A DNA stretch of 64,000 bases from the NCBI GenBank assembly GCA_964035545.1, contig OZ037770.1, positions 10,298,973-10,362,972 of the forward strand. Direction: 5' to 3'. The stretch is from Bugula neritina (lineage: Eukaryota > Animalia > Bryozoa). The position numbers and the translations under genes were made by a program. Below are positions 24,082 through 36,764 of the stretch, one piece after another. Position 1 is the first letter of the stretch. Every line of letters begins with the position of its first letter. A model generated the notes under the pieces. The model saw nothing but the letters and a program-made list of their open reading frames with translations, ran no database searches and was not told the origin of the DNA.

Positions 24082-25776
24082 GACACCCACAAGCAAGCCC
24101 ACGCCGGGGTGAGCAGGGTTCTCTCCAAGTTACAACTCCGGTGGTACTGGCCCGGCATGGAGCGTGAGGTGCGGCGTAGAGTCAAACAATGCGAAATCTG
24201 CCAGGCCAGCAAGCATGGCCGTCTCCCTGGTGAAGCGGGACGGCGTCGGCTATATGCTGGAAGGCCATGGCAGGTGGTAGCTATCGACCTAGTCGGACCC
24301 ATGCCCGTCACCCCCAGGGGAAACAGTTGGATCCTAGTATTAACCGACCACTTTACACGGTGGGCGGATGCCCTGGCTATTCCAGATGCGTCCGCCCCCA
24401 CGGTGGCCAGGGTGCTGGACCAAAATGTATTCTGCTATCTTGGACTACCTGAGCAAATACATTCGGACCAGGGGGCTCAATTCCAGTCCCAACTGTTGAG
24501 CGACCTCTGCCGCCTCTGGGGAGTGAACCAAAGCAGGACCACCCCGTACCATCCTCAGGGCAACGGGGTGGTGGAACGCAACAATCGCATGTTGGGCGAT
24601 GCACTGCGCAGCCTGCTCCTCGGCCGGGGTCAGGAGGAGTGGGATACGGTACTACCGCAAGTCATGCGGGCCTACCGTAGTACACCACACACCAGTACGG
24701 GGGAAACCCCTAACCTCCTGATGGTCGGTCGAGAGACGCGAGTGCCTGACCACCTCACATACCACATCCCAGAGCAGGACTATACCATCCACGAGTATGC
24801 CAGTAAATTGATAGAGGACCTGAGGGCCGCACACGAAATACTGCGAGCGAAGCAGTGGCAGGTACGGCGAGAGGACTCTCAGGAACCACCCCTCTATCGA
24901 ACTGGGGACTGGGTGTGGATGATCAACTACCGTAGGCGTCGAGGACAAGCGGCTAAGCTCCAGCCTAAGTTTGTGGGACCCTACGTAGTAGTTGAGGCTA
25001 TGCCCAATCATACGTACAAGTTGGAGCGATCTGGACAGGTCTCTGTCCAGAACGAAGCCCGCTTGAAACCGTATTGGGCTAGCCCAGGAGCAGCAGGAGC
25101 AGCCCCCCCGTTGTTGGAGCCCAGGAGGCAGACAGTAACGCGTGGGCGGCAACGGCATGGACCAGAATACGAAGTGGTTGTGCCGCGGGGAGAGGACTTA
25201 GTGAGGCAGGAGACGCCACTCCCACCAACGGAAGTGCGCCCACCGCCCCCAGTACCAAGTCTACCCCCACCACTTCCGGTTCCGCATCCGCGTCCGGAAG
25301 TGCAAAACCCCCCCGTGGGAGGGGCTCCATCTGGAGACAACAGCAGAGAGGGGAACACCACCACCAACGGCGGGCCAGAAACACCACAGGTGGAGCAAAA
25401 TAGCCCACCAGTGAGTACGCCGCCCCAACCAACAGCTATAACTCCCTCTCCAGCTGATGCGTCACCTCCCCTGGAACGGGGACAGCGTACTAGACAACCC
25501 CCAGCATACCTTAAAGATTTCATATGTGACCGTGTTACAAACGGCAGTTATGAAAGTCTAGCTGGGCGCCGTACGGAAAGACTGGCAACAAAGCGTGGGA
25601 GTTGTGAACACCACGGAAATCTCAACTTTTGCGAAGGCGGAGTAGTAAACAAAACTACTACGCCCGAGGCAAATAGTTCCAGTCGTGCGCAACAACCATG
25701 CTGCCCAGTCTTTTCGTACGCTGACGTTGTCAAGGGAAGACGCATTCAAACTCAATCCACGGACATCCAAGCTTGA
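24082..25776 (+). CDS. pol: Integrase portion of pol (same frame as upstream ORF, separated by one TAG)
   Basis: HHCC (THKQAHAG...CEIC), DDE core (AIDLVGP, HSDQG, VERNNR), GPY/F motif (KFVGPY), Pro-rich tail; in frame with 20317..24081. Confidence 0.9.
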   Translation, partial: DTHKQAHAGVSRVLSKLQLRWYWPGMEREVRRRVKQCEICQASKHGRLPGEAGRRRLYAGRPWQVVAIDLVGPMPVTPRGNSWILVLTDHFTRWADALAIPDASAPTVARVLDQNVFCYLGLPEQIHSDQGAQFQSQLLSDLCRLWGVNQSRTTPYHPQGNGVVERNNRMLGDALRSLLLGRGQEEWDTVLPQVMRAYRSTPHTSTGETPNLLMVGRETRVPDHLTYHIPEQDYTIHEYASKLIEDLRAAHEILRAKQWQVRREDSQEPPLYRTGDWVWMINYRRRRGQAAKLQPKFVGPYVVVEAMPNHTYKLERSGQVSVQNEARLKPYWASPGAAGAAPPLLEPRRQTVTRGRQRHGPEYEVVVPRGEDLVRQETPLPPTEVRPPPPVPSLPPPLPVPHPRPEVQNPPVGGAPSGDNSREGNTTTNGGPETPQVEQNSPPVSTPPQPTAITPSPADASPPLERGQRTRQPPAYLKDFICDRVTNGSYESLAGRRTERLATKRGSCEHHGNLNFCEGGVVNKTTTPEANSSSRAQQPCCPVFSYADVVKGRRIQTQSTDIQA

Positions 25777-25841
25777 ACGCTGAGTATGATTACAAATACC
25801 GGGTTCTCAGGTAAGCTTGCTCTGAGCTAACATTTCCACTC

Positions 25842-26929
25842 ATGGAAACCAGTCTACCATCAGTCAGTTCTGATTTAATCGCCTTGATTGAATCACAACT
25901 ACTGGGGACTGAGTCCTATGTGAAAGGCGACGAGAACATAAAGATGGCCGACGATCTACTAGATCTGGAGCTTGACACTACGTCTCTCTGTCAGTCTACA
26001 CGACACGACTCAGTCCCTCGAGTGCTATCTGAAAAGATGTATGACTCCCAGACTAGTAACAGTCGGTTGTCATCAGAATTATGGTGTAAAGATCATATCC
26101 GATCTAACAGTAATTCTGCTCTTTTAGATACCGCTCTCTCTCCTCTATCTGGTGACATGCCGTCACTAGAAATGGCTTGGAACGGGGAACCCGTTCCCAC
26201 TACTCTTCCGGAGGCACTCCTACAACAATCATGCTGGGTTACAACAGATACGGAAACACTGATACGAGAGCACAAAGGAGACGACCAATGCACCACCTGC
26301 CGTTTATGCCAGCTTCACTTCACTACCCCACGAAGACTCCGAGTTCATATTCCCCAACATTACTTCACCACCTTTTGTCCCTGTGGTGAATATAGTTACC
26401 ACAGGGACTACATCCTCCGTCACCAACGAACCATGGGATGCCATATTGGACACCTATTCGAAGTCGACGAACCCTCCTTTCCACAATTCCTTAATCTCAT
26501 CCGACCGTTCATATCAGACCCAGTTCGATACGAACGGCTGCGCCAGGAGTTCCCCGCACCCAGGACCATCACACAGGGACCCTGCCCTAAACCACCCGGA
26601 TATAGGAAACCACGCATATCCCATTCCTCACCCCCCGCACGCACAGTGCCTCGCCCCGACTCTATACCAAGAGTCGTGTTACGACGCATCGATATACCAC
26701 AGCGATGGCGTCCCTCCCCCCTGTCTCCCCAAGGCCGTCTCGTAAGCGGCGTTGGCCATCTTCATCCCCCAATCGACACTCTGCCCCCGCCAGGAATCTA
26801 GGCGAGGCAGAAGAGCGGATACGAGAATTAGAGAAAGAGGTGCAAAGACTGACACCGAGAATCTCCGCCGCCGCATCAGAACTCCGGGCCCTCTCTGCCT
26901 CTGTAGCCCGAATGAAAGGAAGTGCTTGA
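25842..26929 (+). CDS. Retrotransposon ORF3: C2H2 zinc-finger protein with basic patch and coiled-coil tail (1-nt frameshift near 26716-26721)
   Basis: ORF 25842-26801 contains CRLC-x12-HIPQH and CPC-x12-HQRTMGCH; overlapping ORF 26705-26929 gives PSRKRR and the heptad helix LGEAEERIRELEKEVQRLTPRISAAASELRALSASVARM. Confidence 0.7.
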
Positions 26930-27277
26930 AGGTGATGTCCCTCCTTTCCCTATCCGTGATGGTACAGCAGGTGGTGCCCCATTACAGACCCTTCTCACGC
27001 CAGTGCTCACAGACAATTACTCAGTGTAACAATATAGTAACCTACCAGTATACAGCTCTACCTCTACAAACTATTCCCTTATAGTGCCTCCCGCCGGTGC
27101 CATTGTACATTTACTGTTATATTTTCTTTATATATGTATATGTTTCTTACTACTGTACATAGTCATGTTTTCTTTATGTGCCACACGCTCTCTCAGTTTT
27201 TTTATATATATATAGTTTTATAACATTGTATGTTCGAATTATCTAATCTGTGTTATCAGAAAGTAGGGCTTTCTGCT

Positions 27278-27288
27278 GGAGGGGGCGG
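27278..27288 (+). other. Polypurine tract
   Basis: GGAGGGGGCGG immediately 5' of the 3' LTR. Confidence 0.85.
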
Positions 27289-27559
27289 TGTAGTGAGGAC
27301 GTAATACGCGCGTTCCCCGCATTCCTTCAGCCTATCCGAGTGCGTCACGTGATAGGCTTTAGTTAGTAGTAGTTTTGCAGTAGAGAGAGCGTGCTAACTA
27401 AGCGAAGATGTAATCTCTAATCTGTGTACGTGCTGTATCTTTTATATAATTAGTAGTAAATAAACTTGGAAGCTTTTACCTAAATACTTTATTGGTGTAG
27501 ATAAATAGACATAATTACAAGCTAGGAACCCACGCATAGTAGTTACATAAATTACTACA
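27289..27559 (+). repeat. 3' LTR
   Basis: Direct repeat of 19985-20255, preceded by a purine tract. Confidence 0.96.
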
Positions 27560-28775
27560 ATAGTAACAGTGAATATAATAGTATAAGTAATATTAATAGT
27601 ACCTAGAACTCTGACTATCACTATCAGCATCAATCTTAGTTTCCTTATGACTGGTCAGCAGTATCACTAATATATTCATATAACTCATTGTCATACTGAC
27701 AGTGGCTATCACTCTGATTAGCCTTTTAAAATAGATGATAAATAAAATTTAGCTAATAGATAAATATTACCCTTCTTAGACTTTACGACTATGACTATGA
27801 GTATGGTAATATGAGTATGGTAATATGAGTATCAGTATCAGTATGACTAACAATGAAGCATTGCAACTTACAAAACTTAATTAATGCTTCTGTTGAATAT
27901 AACTATAACTATGAGTCATGATTATTACATTTTACTTGTTAATGATTGTGATATGAAATATTAAACCATTAGTGAGAGTGCAAGTATGATTACAAGTGTT
28001 AGTATGATTATCTCAGTGCCAGAATATGTAATATTTAGTCTTATTTTGCTAGGTGTACGAAACTATCGGTGTCACTATCACTGCAGTTCCATTGCTTCTC
28101 ACTATGCGAATGAGTTTTTGTTCGAGGTTATGGAACAGTTACATGGAATGAAACCACAACCATAAGTTAATGCAAACCGCAACCACAAATCCATCAATAC
28201 GAGCATCCACTCAAAGCAAATAAAACACAGTGCATGAGTCTTGACTACTACCTGCATTAGACAATAACTAAATCATTAACTTTAAGTATCAAGTTAAAAT
28301 TGCAGCCAAATTTGAATAGCAATTTGAAATTCTCTGTTAATTACAATTACAATTACTCTCTGTATTACTAATAGTAGAAGTAATAATACCCTTGGTCTTT
28401 GTTATATCACGTATATTTTACATGCTTCTAGAATTGTTTTTATCTGCAGTAAATTTTATTCACATTTTTGAAAGCATGTTTCTAAAAAAAACTTTTTTAT
28501 TGAAAGACGTATACTTAAATGTCAGGTCATGTGTCAGTATGAATATATGGTCATGTGACAAGTTTGAAGCTGCAGTTCTGTCTCTTCATGTTAATTCTAT
28601 TATGTTTACTCATGTTATTTCATTTGTAAAATTTGCCAGTCTATGGAAATTAGTTTATAAATTTACTTAATTATACAAAGTGCTTGTTATGATAGTTTCA
28701 ATAGTTATTTAATAATTTATATGATTGTTAATTTGAGTAAATGAACTACATTTATATTTTATAGGGTAGGTCTAA

Positions 28776-31700
28776 ATGGCGGAGGCTGCAGTGGAAAAAG
28801 TTGAGTGTGGATTCTGTTTACTTGAAGAAGGTTTAGAGAATCCCAAGTGTCTACCATGTGGTCATGTACACTGTTTACTGTGTCTTAGTCGTAATGTTGA
28901 TGTGAATGACATGATCAGGTGTCCCTGGTGTAGGTAAGTTAGTTTTGTATGAGCAGAGTTGAGACATACTATTTGTAAAGAGATAATAATTTCACCTTAT
29001 ACTAAATTCTTTCATTTCTTTATATATAGTTTAAATTATTATTAAATATATATGTGTCATGTCACAGGAAAGTGTTTGATGTGAGAGTGGAGAATCTTCC
29101 ATCCGCTGATGTAGAGGACAACTCCGTATCATGTGACGTCTGCACTAAGAAAGGAATACAGAAAGTACCAGCAGTAACCTACTGTACTGTGTGTCGTAAA
29201 CTTTTCTGCAGAAAACATGAGGAGGTAATTCCCTTACATAACTCTTTTTAAATCAGTTAGTGACTGTTTATTTTGTTGTTGCTCAGCTCGTCAATGTGAT
29301 TGTCACAATTAGCTATACATTTACTTCAGTGTAAAATGATTTTATTTTCTTTATGACACCCTCAGAATATTACAATCATTTACAAAAGTTTCACTATTTA
29401 TAGTTTAGTTATGTTTCTCAGTAAATATATGTTCTGTTATATTCAGTCACATGATGACACCAGTGATGACCACCAGAAGATGACCATCTCTGACTACAGA
29501 ATACAAGCCAAGAGACTGGAGAAAAGAGTTTGTCCCAAACACACAGCATATCCCTACATACTGGGATGTAAAGTCTGTGTTCAGCTGTTCTGTGTGCAGT
29601 GTGTATCTCCGAGCAACTTATGTGTTGGAGGTAAGAAAGTTTGATGCTGTTTTTCTATATTATATTTGTTTGGCAATTTGTGGTTTGCTTAATGTAGCTT
29701 TTCATTTTTTTAGTATTAGGTGATAGTGCATTAGTTGGCTCTTTAAAAATAACTTGAATTTTTTAACAAGATGTCAAAATATATAAAGCTCACGTAAAAG
29801 TCAAATAGTAAAAACAGACCTGACTGAGAAATAGCATGACAGGGTTGGAACAATATGTTCAACTGATAAGTATTGACGTTGATTAGTAACCTGATTTTAC
29901 CAGCTATCTTTTATTTATTATATTTTTTTACATTTTCTCTAATTGGAACTCAACCAGTCTTGATTCAAGATTTCGTATTTTGAAATACTAATAAATTGCT
30001 TGTGCAGATTGAAATGAATATATATTGTATTACACAGATTCTGAGCATAAGCTGGTTAATTTGGATGACCTAATTAAAGACCTGATCAATATTGATGAAT
30101 TAACTTCTGCAGAAGACAAGATGTCCGCCCACTTCAAACAATTATCTAAATCTTTATCTGATTTTGATACCGAGACCAGCAAATTGCTGAATATTCTTCA
30201 TACACAGCGAGATAAACATGTAAGATTATTATTATTATCCAGTGGTATATTAATTTTAATATAATTATTGTAATTTGTATTTGAACTTTATGCTTCAGCA
30301 TGCTTGTAATTTCATATCTTTAGATCTAATTTGCTTTGATTACTAAGCCATAAATCTTGATATTTGATAGTTTAAATAAAAGTAGAAAGCAAACAATGCT
30401 TTCTATAACTTCCTGTAATTTTTGTGTTGAATTCTTTGTCTATTAATTTCATGTGTGCTATGCTAGTTGATGTCATATTATTGCTTTAGTTGACTGAAGT
30501 GAGACTAAAGTATGAGAAACTGGAGAAGGAATTCTTAGCTAGTAGAAAGAAGAATAAAGAGGAACTGAACAGATACATGGAGAGAGAAGTTGGAACTGTT
30601 TTGTCTCAACTGAGTAACAATAGAATGAAGATAGAAGCTCAACTTAGACAAAACCATCAGGTTTGTAGAATTCAATATCTTCTACTAAACTGATTCTCCA
30701 TTTTACTTGTTTCCTGTCTTTTAATAATTTCTACTTATGATTTACACTTTGTGGTGTGTAGAGATTCTGGTAGGTTGGCCTGTTCCCTTTCTCAATTCTT
30801 TGGGACCGCAAACAATTACGCACTCAAATAAATTTGTATATGTAATACGGTTTTGTATGTTTTATAGTGGTATATGTTATGTCATAGTGTATGCTATATA
30901 ATAGTGTATGTCAGGGATGGGCAAATGTTTGTGAAATGAGGGGCCAGATCTCAAGATTTAAGGTGTCAGAAGGGCCAGGTCTGTTTGTTGTAAATTCAAG
31001 GTATACAATGCTGAACTACCAAATGCAAATATAAATTGCCTTTTCTCCAGTTTCCTGGGCTGAAAGTGTAAATGGCAAAATGTAGATGCAGAATACAAAA
31101 TATATGACAGTTTATTAATTTAACAATTTGTATATAGTTCACTAAGCAAGAAAGCAGCAAATAATATATTGGGTACACTTATAGTACTGGAATTAGTGAG
31201 GAATGTGAAAAGCACTTTTAGTAGCCATAATAGCACTAATGTCACTGCTAGTAATGGGTTCATGTGTGGCTACTTGAAGCAAATCTTGCAGATGCTCATT
31301 GGTGAGCTGGCTGTGTTCTATTACTATTTTTATATGGTTCATGGTAGAAAACATGCATTCGCATCTATAAGTATAATTAAATATGCCCAGTACTCTTAGT
31401 CCCAGTTTAGCTAGTGTAGGGTACTTCTCACTGGTTACTGGTGAAGTGTAGAAGCTAACTGTTGTTGCAGCAACTGGTAAATTGATCTGCTACAGCAGCA
31501 ACATCACATAACTCAAGCTGTAATGCTGCTATACTTATGCTCTCTGAAGGGTGATTTTTAGTTTCAGCAACTATATTACTTAATGTAAAATATCAGCAGT
31601 GACAGAAAGCTGTGAAGTATATATTCACCGGCTTTCCATGTACCGATCTCAGATCGATCTCGCTGAGATCGATCTGAGCATACCTCTCAGATCGATCGTT

Positions 31701-34352
31701 TTTCCATGAGAGTGTCAGATCGATCTCACGGAGTTGCCTCCTCTTAAGTGAAGAGTACTTTAATAGTATAATTTGTTCACAAATCTGGATGATTAAAGCT
31801 GCTGAGGTTAAAAAACAAGATTGTTGATGTCTAAAAATTAATGGTGCTTGTAAACAATACGCAACAAAGCTTTTAGGGTAAAGTAATATAGCCAATTTAA
31901 GATAATCACTTTTAATTTTTTAGCTCAACAGCTTAAATAAAATTAATAGCTATCTTGCAGATTATTCATAAACTTACAGGATTGTTAAGCTTGAAATTAC
32001 GCAGCAAATAACTAATGAAAGTAAGTTTTACTAGTCATTTAAATTCAATTTAAATGCTCCAATTTTTTGTAATTTCTATGGACTATAATTTTATATAATT
32101 GAGTTTTTTTAATCATAGTACTGAAAGTCAAAGTTTTGGCATCTGAAAATGTGGCTATCGTAATTATTAAGTAATTTGCTTAGTAATTATCAATAAGTTG
32201 TCATTTTTATCAGCAGACAACATTTTAGCGAACAGTCTTTTTCTACTTCTCAGATCGATCTGGAGTCTTTCCATGGATCGATCTCACTGAGATCGATCTG
32301 AGTTCGAGCTCTACAGACCGACCAGCTCAGAACGACTGAGATCGATCTTTGACATCTTTCCATGGATCGATCTCGCTGAGATCGGTACATGGAAAGCCGG
32401 TGAATGTATCTGTCTAGCAACTGTTCATATGTGGTCACATGTTACAGGTGGATCTGATTGAAGGATTTGCAGAGATTAAAGAGAGAATACAGAGACTGAT
32501 ATCTGTTGAGATACCTGAACTAGAGCTGTGTGATGTCATGTCCCTTAAGGTCAAAGGTTAGTATACTAAACTAGAGCTGTGTGATGTCATGTCCCTAAAG
32601 GTCAAAGGTTATAATTCTACAAGTCAAGCTTCTGTGATAGATTTTAATTCCTTATCTGTTGTATTGGTATTTCAATGTAGGTATAAGATAGATACAAACC
32701 TCATATACATAGACCAGAATATAGCCACGTTAGCTATTATAGTAAATTATGGAAATAGCTAGAAGGAAGTATTACATTAAATATGTATATAATAAGAAGA
32801 ATAGTTCCTACAGTCTCCCTTACTAACTTTCACTCAGCTTGTATTTTGTAGAGGAGAAGAGAGAAATAGAGGCAGAACTGTTTCCTGCAGCAGACATGAT
32901 TATTAGTTTAGATCAAGGAGTGACAACTCCTACTCTTCCTAAATCTCTCAAACTCATACAGTCTCTTGATGTTTCTGATTACTGTAATGCTGTCTGTGAA
33001 TATGAGGGTAACACTTATGTAGGGCTGGGTAATGGTGGAGGGATAGACAGAATAGATGAGAGTTTCAGTGTTTCCAAGTTTTTTATTTCTGTTGCTAACT
33101 ATGTTAGTGGAGTCACCTTACATAAGAATAATCTGTATGCTCTACAGCGTATCAGCAACACTGATTGGGAGGTACATGTGTATGATCTTACTGGGAAACA
33201 GGTGACCAGCTGGTCTCACCATGATAATGATGATCGTGCAAATAAACTTGCTATTGTTGATGACCAGGTTGTAGTTCCTGATAGAGGCAATAAAGGACTT
33301 ACCTTCTACTCTCTTAGTGGGGAGGTTTTAAAACATGTCTCCTGCCCTCTACTCAGTATGAACACTGCAGCAATATGTGCAGCAGACAGACATTGTGTAG
33401 TAGTTTCTGATAGAGGTTCCTCTCAAGTATTTAAATTAGACTTGACAACAGAGAAAGTTATCTGGACATGCAAGGATGTATCTGAACCACGAGGTGTGGC
33501 CTGTTATAGAAGTAAATATATTCTTGTGACTAACTACAGCAGTAAAACCACCATCTGGATACTGGATGTGGAGACAGGTTAGTTATTCCAGTATTGTAAA
33601 CCAAATATCTATCCGTATAAAATGCATTTATATTTGACATGTAAACTTTGTTTCATAATATTATATACACTATATAATATTCTCTCAATACATTTTTCAT
33701 ACACAAATCACAATCGGTGGGTGAGTGTGTTTATCATCACAACATTGACAGATATACTGTATAATATAATGCTGCCTAAACCATACAAGAATTTATCTTA
33801 GTTACATGTATACCTTCTAGCATGTTGTGCACTATTTATAAATGGACAATGCAGGCAACCAACTGATAACTATATATATTATGTATTATTATGAAGTTGT
33901 TGTTCATATGTTGAAGTTTGAAGATTTGTTTTCTAGTGCAGGGCATTGATATGCCAGTATTATATCTCTATAACAGAATATAGTTTTGTCAGCACATTAT
34001 ATATTAATCAATAATTACTTTTGAATTTGCTAATCCAAAGGTGCAGTTTTAAACAACTGTTTTCTAGTACCCTGATGATGATTTCTCAGTATTATAGGTA
34101 TATTGAATATAATTTTGTCAGCACATGACTAAAATGTATAGCTACAAGTTTTTTCTCTCAGTTTTTGGATATATATTGTATTTAGTCTATTGCCTTTAGT
34201 AAACTGGTTATATTGTAGGTAGACAGTTATCTAAGCTAGAAGATACAACTGTTAGGAGGGATAGTAGAATGCTTGATCTCCATGTGTATAAAGATATGCT
34301 GATTGTACCCAGACGTGATGAGAAGAAAGTTGTATTCTACCAACTCAACTGA
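28776..34352 (+). CDS. TRIM-type E3 ligase with NHL-like propeller, array copy 3, ~606 aa
   Basis: Exons 28776-28933, 29068-29224, 29447-29630, 30038-30219, 30490-30660, 32448-32556, 32852-33577, 34219-34352; sum 1821 nt in frame. Confidence 0.88.
30912..31397. mobile_element. Degenerate hAT-like MITE in intron 5 of copy 3
   Basis: CAGGGATGGGCAA left end with GGGCCAG subterminal motifs; only a weak right end (TGCCCAGTACTC); absent from paralogous introns. Confidence 0.4.
31626..32402. mobile_element. Same MITE family, opposite orientation, intron 5 of copy 3
   Basis: CACCGGCTTTCCATGTACCGATCTCAG ... CTGAGATCGGTACATGGAAAGCCGGTG; internal sequence is the diverged reverse complement of 4905-5669. 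Confidence 0.85.
32515..32612 (+). repeat. 51-bp exon-6 donor repeat, 2 units (copy 3)
   Basis: Same unit. Confidence 0.9.
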
Positions 34353-36513
34353 ACAGGTATTATGTATATAGTAGGAGTTATGTCCTTTTCCTAGGAAAGA
34401 AAAAGAATTTTAAATTAAAATTACTGCTTAGATAAGTCATTTATAATCTGTTAATGTTATTTTGGTAGTAAAACTATTAGATGAGTCATTTACACAGTGT
34501 ATACTAACATAATATATGTATAGATGATAACTTTCTTCTATGTCTGTGTATTCCCTGTGTGTTTGTCCCTCATATTACTGGTTGCTGTACTTCATAAATG
34601 ACTAGTAGTCGTGATAAAGTAATATACTGTTTATAAAAGTATTTATTAAATATCTAAAGTTGCTTTCCTAATACTCAAAATATTTATTACAGAAAATAGA
34701 CTGATGTGGAACAGGAAGTAGTTTCTGCAGCAGACACATCTAGTTATTTAGTTTAGAAAGTGACAAGTGAAAAGGCAGCTGATTGGTCTATTCATCTGAC
34801 CTAGTAACACTCTATGGTTACATTACCATGTCATTCATATGATACTTATTGTAACATTATTCTATATTATCTATCATACAGGACTGAGAACTAAGTAGTA
34901 GCAGTTATTGTATATTATCTTTCTTATAGGAGTGAAAACTCTGAAGTACACCATTTCTATTAATAATCAAAGGCAGTTTTATTATATATAGTATATATAT
35001 TTTTGAAAACAGGAAATGACCTAGTCTATATACTTTGAGTAGCATACTATCAGAATCTGGTAACACTTACATCAGTGTCAAAGAAAGTCAATATCTGTCA
35101 ACATTAGTCAAAGGAGGTCATGTGACAGTTTTGCAAGGGCCAAGCTGCCCAGTTTCCTTTCTATTGTTTGAGAATATGATGAGGCTACTCAATTACTAAT
35201 AACATAATATTACCTCATCCTTCACTCCTTGTATATAATCTAATTGATTATGATTTATGTTGATATAATTTTCTTGCTGTTAGAAAAGGCTGCAGTTTTA
35301 AATCGTTTGAGAATCATGTGTCCTACCAACTGTGTCATTCTCAGTCTGTAAAATTATTCTTATTTTACTCCATTTATTACTAAATAATATCATGAGTCAT
35401 ATTGTATTAATATTAGCCACACGCTAGTTACATTACTTGATTCATGCAACAAGAGATATATTGGTGGTAGTGCTCACTAATTACTCTCTACGCAGTAACA
35501 GTAGAACCATAAATTCCAAATCTCACTGATGGGATATATCATTTAACCAGCAGATTATAATTATTGGAAACTTGCAATATGTAATATTGTCTTAGTAATT
35601 TTATGTACATCAAAGTGTGGTACACTGGCATATATACATTCAAGGGGCCTGTTATATTCCCTAGCATATTTTCAGTAAACAAAAATATTATAAACATCAT
35701 GAAGGCTTACTGCTGAGACTATCAATTGGCATATAATAAATAAATTTGCTGTTTCTAACATGCACTCAGTTTATCATAATGGAAGGACAACTCTAATATG
35801 CCAAAAATGCCTATTTCAGTTTCTCGAAATAGCCTTGGATAACTTGCATAATTACACTGCTTGCAGTTTGTGTATATTTTTCTATGCAAATTCAAGTATA
35901 TTGCTCAGTTTTTCAATGACTAGTATTTGGCAATGCACTGTTGCTATTCTTTCATATGATAGAGAAAGAAATAGCCAATAGAAATCAACACATCATTTAT
36001 TTTGAGGAGGGGCGTGACTACAATAAACAATACAGTTGGCATTCTATTAGCGGTAATGCACTGTTGCTTTACAATCGTATATAGAAAGCATTAGCCAATA
36101 GGAATCATCACATTCTGACTGACAAGGGGCGTGGTTACAAGAAACAATAATTCAAGTTGGCATAAATTATTCAAGATTTATTTACAGGCTACAGGTAAAA
36201 TATTACTATTCCATAATGAATAGATACACTATGAAGTAGAACCTAAATTACAGCATTATACAGAATCATTAAAACATGATGAGTAGAATTATAACTTACT
36301 GACCTTACTGGAAAATATACACAATAGTTGAGTATGTGAATTACTGGTTGTATAATAGTGAGGCAGCTATACATGATAAGAAATTATAAAATATTTACTG
36401 TATAAATATAATGTCACATGTATTCATTATGTAACACATAATAAATACATAAATTAGAGCGGCAGAAAAATATAAAGCAATATGAAATACAGTTTAGAAG
36501 TCAGTGGACAGTG

Positions 36514-36764
36514 CTATGTAACACAGAGTAAGCCTTTGAGCTCTAGAAGAGCAGAGTAACAGATTCAGTAAACTTTGACATCTCAGTTCTGTTGGGATTT
36601 GTAGACTGAGTGACTGAAGCTATGCTGGAGAATTCAGACAAGTAATGATGAAGAATGTCAAAGTGTGGTTCAGTTTTATGTTTCTCCAGAATGTAACTCT
36701 GCATCTCATTGTACTTAGCCTGTGTTACAACATTATAACTCAGTGTAGATGTGTGGAGCATAGT
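36514..36764 (-). pseudogene. Orphan terminal exon, frameshifted copy downstream of TRIM copy 3
   Basis: 1-nt deletion near 36557 changes VHSALLELKGLLCVT to VTLLF-stop. Confidence 0.5.

Larger units (their letters stand above)
19985..27559 (+). mobile_element. Full-length Ty3/Gypsy LTR retrotransposon, recent insertion, probably non-autonomous (nonsense codon in pol)
   Basis: Two 271-bp TGTAGT...ACTACA LTRs, PBS, PPT, gag-PR-RT-RNaseH-IN order, GC-rich relative to flanks; flanks ATGG / ATAG (imperfect 4-bp TSD). Confidence 0.97.

Noticed and set aside
25842-26801. env gene
   Set aside because: No signal peptide, fusion peptide or transmembrane anchor is visible.
20454-26876. Many short alternative-frame and antisense ORFs inside the retrotransposon
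   Set aside because: Expected shadows of a GC-rich coding region; no recognisable motifs.
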